Source: Octopus sinensis
Lineage: Eukaryota
Direction of reading: 5' to 3'
Length of the DNA stretch: 35,498 nucleotides
NCBI RefSeq assembly: GCF_006345805.1
Contig: NW_021831890.1
Span: 1-35,498, forward strand
The notes below the pieces were generated by a model, which was not told where the DNA came from, made no database searches, and saw only the letters and a list, made by a program, of their open reading frames with translations. Shown here in pieces: positions 34,869-35,498 of the stretch. Each line of letters begins with the position of its first letter. Positions within the stretch are counted from its first letter, which is position 1. The translations under genes and the position numbers were made by a program.

Positions 34869-35431
34869 AGGTGATGTAAGATTGAAACAGGATACAGGCC
34901 CGTCAGATGGATTTCACATCGTCTTCAAATGATACTCTCTTGTTACATTGTGTGAAGTCAACTTTGTCCGAAAATGAATGTGAAGTTATACGTGTCAGCG
35001 GAATACTCAACCGCATAATGCTAATTTTAAAAACTTTTGATAGCTCATTTGGCCAAACGGACCGGATGTTAAGACAGGAATCCAGTTTATTAATAGCAAA
35101 TCTCTTTTCCTGTGCATTTTTATTTCTTTACTCGTCTCATTTTTCCGGATCTCGTTCAGAGAATTTATGAAGCTCTATAAAATATTACGAACGAAATAAA
35201 TGAATTAATGCATCCATTCGGTATGGACATGTGATACAATTTATGGATTTCATTTCCCATAATAAATTGTTTTTATAGCTCATATTTCTCTATGGTATAG
35301 GCTATCTTTCGACTGAAAAATTATTATAGGATTTCAGATAGCTCTTCAGATTTCGCACCCTCATTAAAGTCGGTGATATTTATGTGGCGGTTTTAGCGAA
35401 AGTCTTTCTGTGGAGTAGGTAATATATATAT

Positions 35432-35498
<67 letters not shown>

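Overview
Eukaryotic, AT-rich, non-coding DNA dominated by microsatellites and transposable-element debris. The SINE families and the (TA)n/(TACA)n/(AAT)n load point to an octopus (coleoid cephalopod) genome; this is my recognition, not a database match. No intact host gene, rRNA, tRNA gene or CRISPR array is supportable, and most ORFs in the track are translated microsatellites. Recognisable elements: three tRNA-derived SINE families, CR1-like LINE 3' relics, two R4/Dong-like (restriction-like endonuclease) LINE relics, Penelope-like element (PLE) RT/GIY-YIG relics, two mariner remnants, an internally deleted CACTG-ended (Chapaev3-like) DNA transposon, and several MITE-like hairpins. The standout is 10117-11290: a ~485-bp highly structured unit repeated about 2.2 times in tandem. 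Each full unit carries a complete type I hammerhead ribozyme on the minus strand, with an unusually large stem II insert. The array ends in an inverted copy of its own terminus and sits in a (TA)n tract. This architecture fits a non-LTR retrozyme or non-autonomous Penelope derivative, predicted to yield a ~490-nt self-cleaved, possibly circular, RNA. Also notable: four degenerate minimal-hammerhead motifs, a covarying 3' stem-loop shared by a LINE and a SINE, a recurrent dimeric SINE junction, and an identical 954-bp tandem duplication that may be an assembly artefact. All alignments and folds were done by eye, so degenerate boundaries are approximate.
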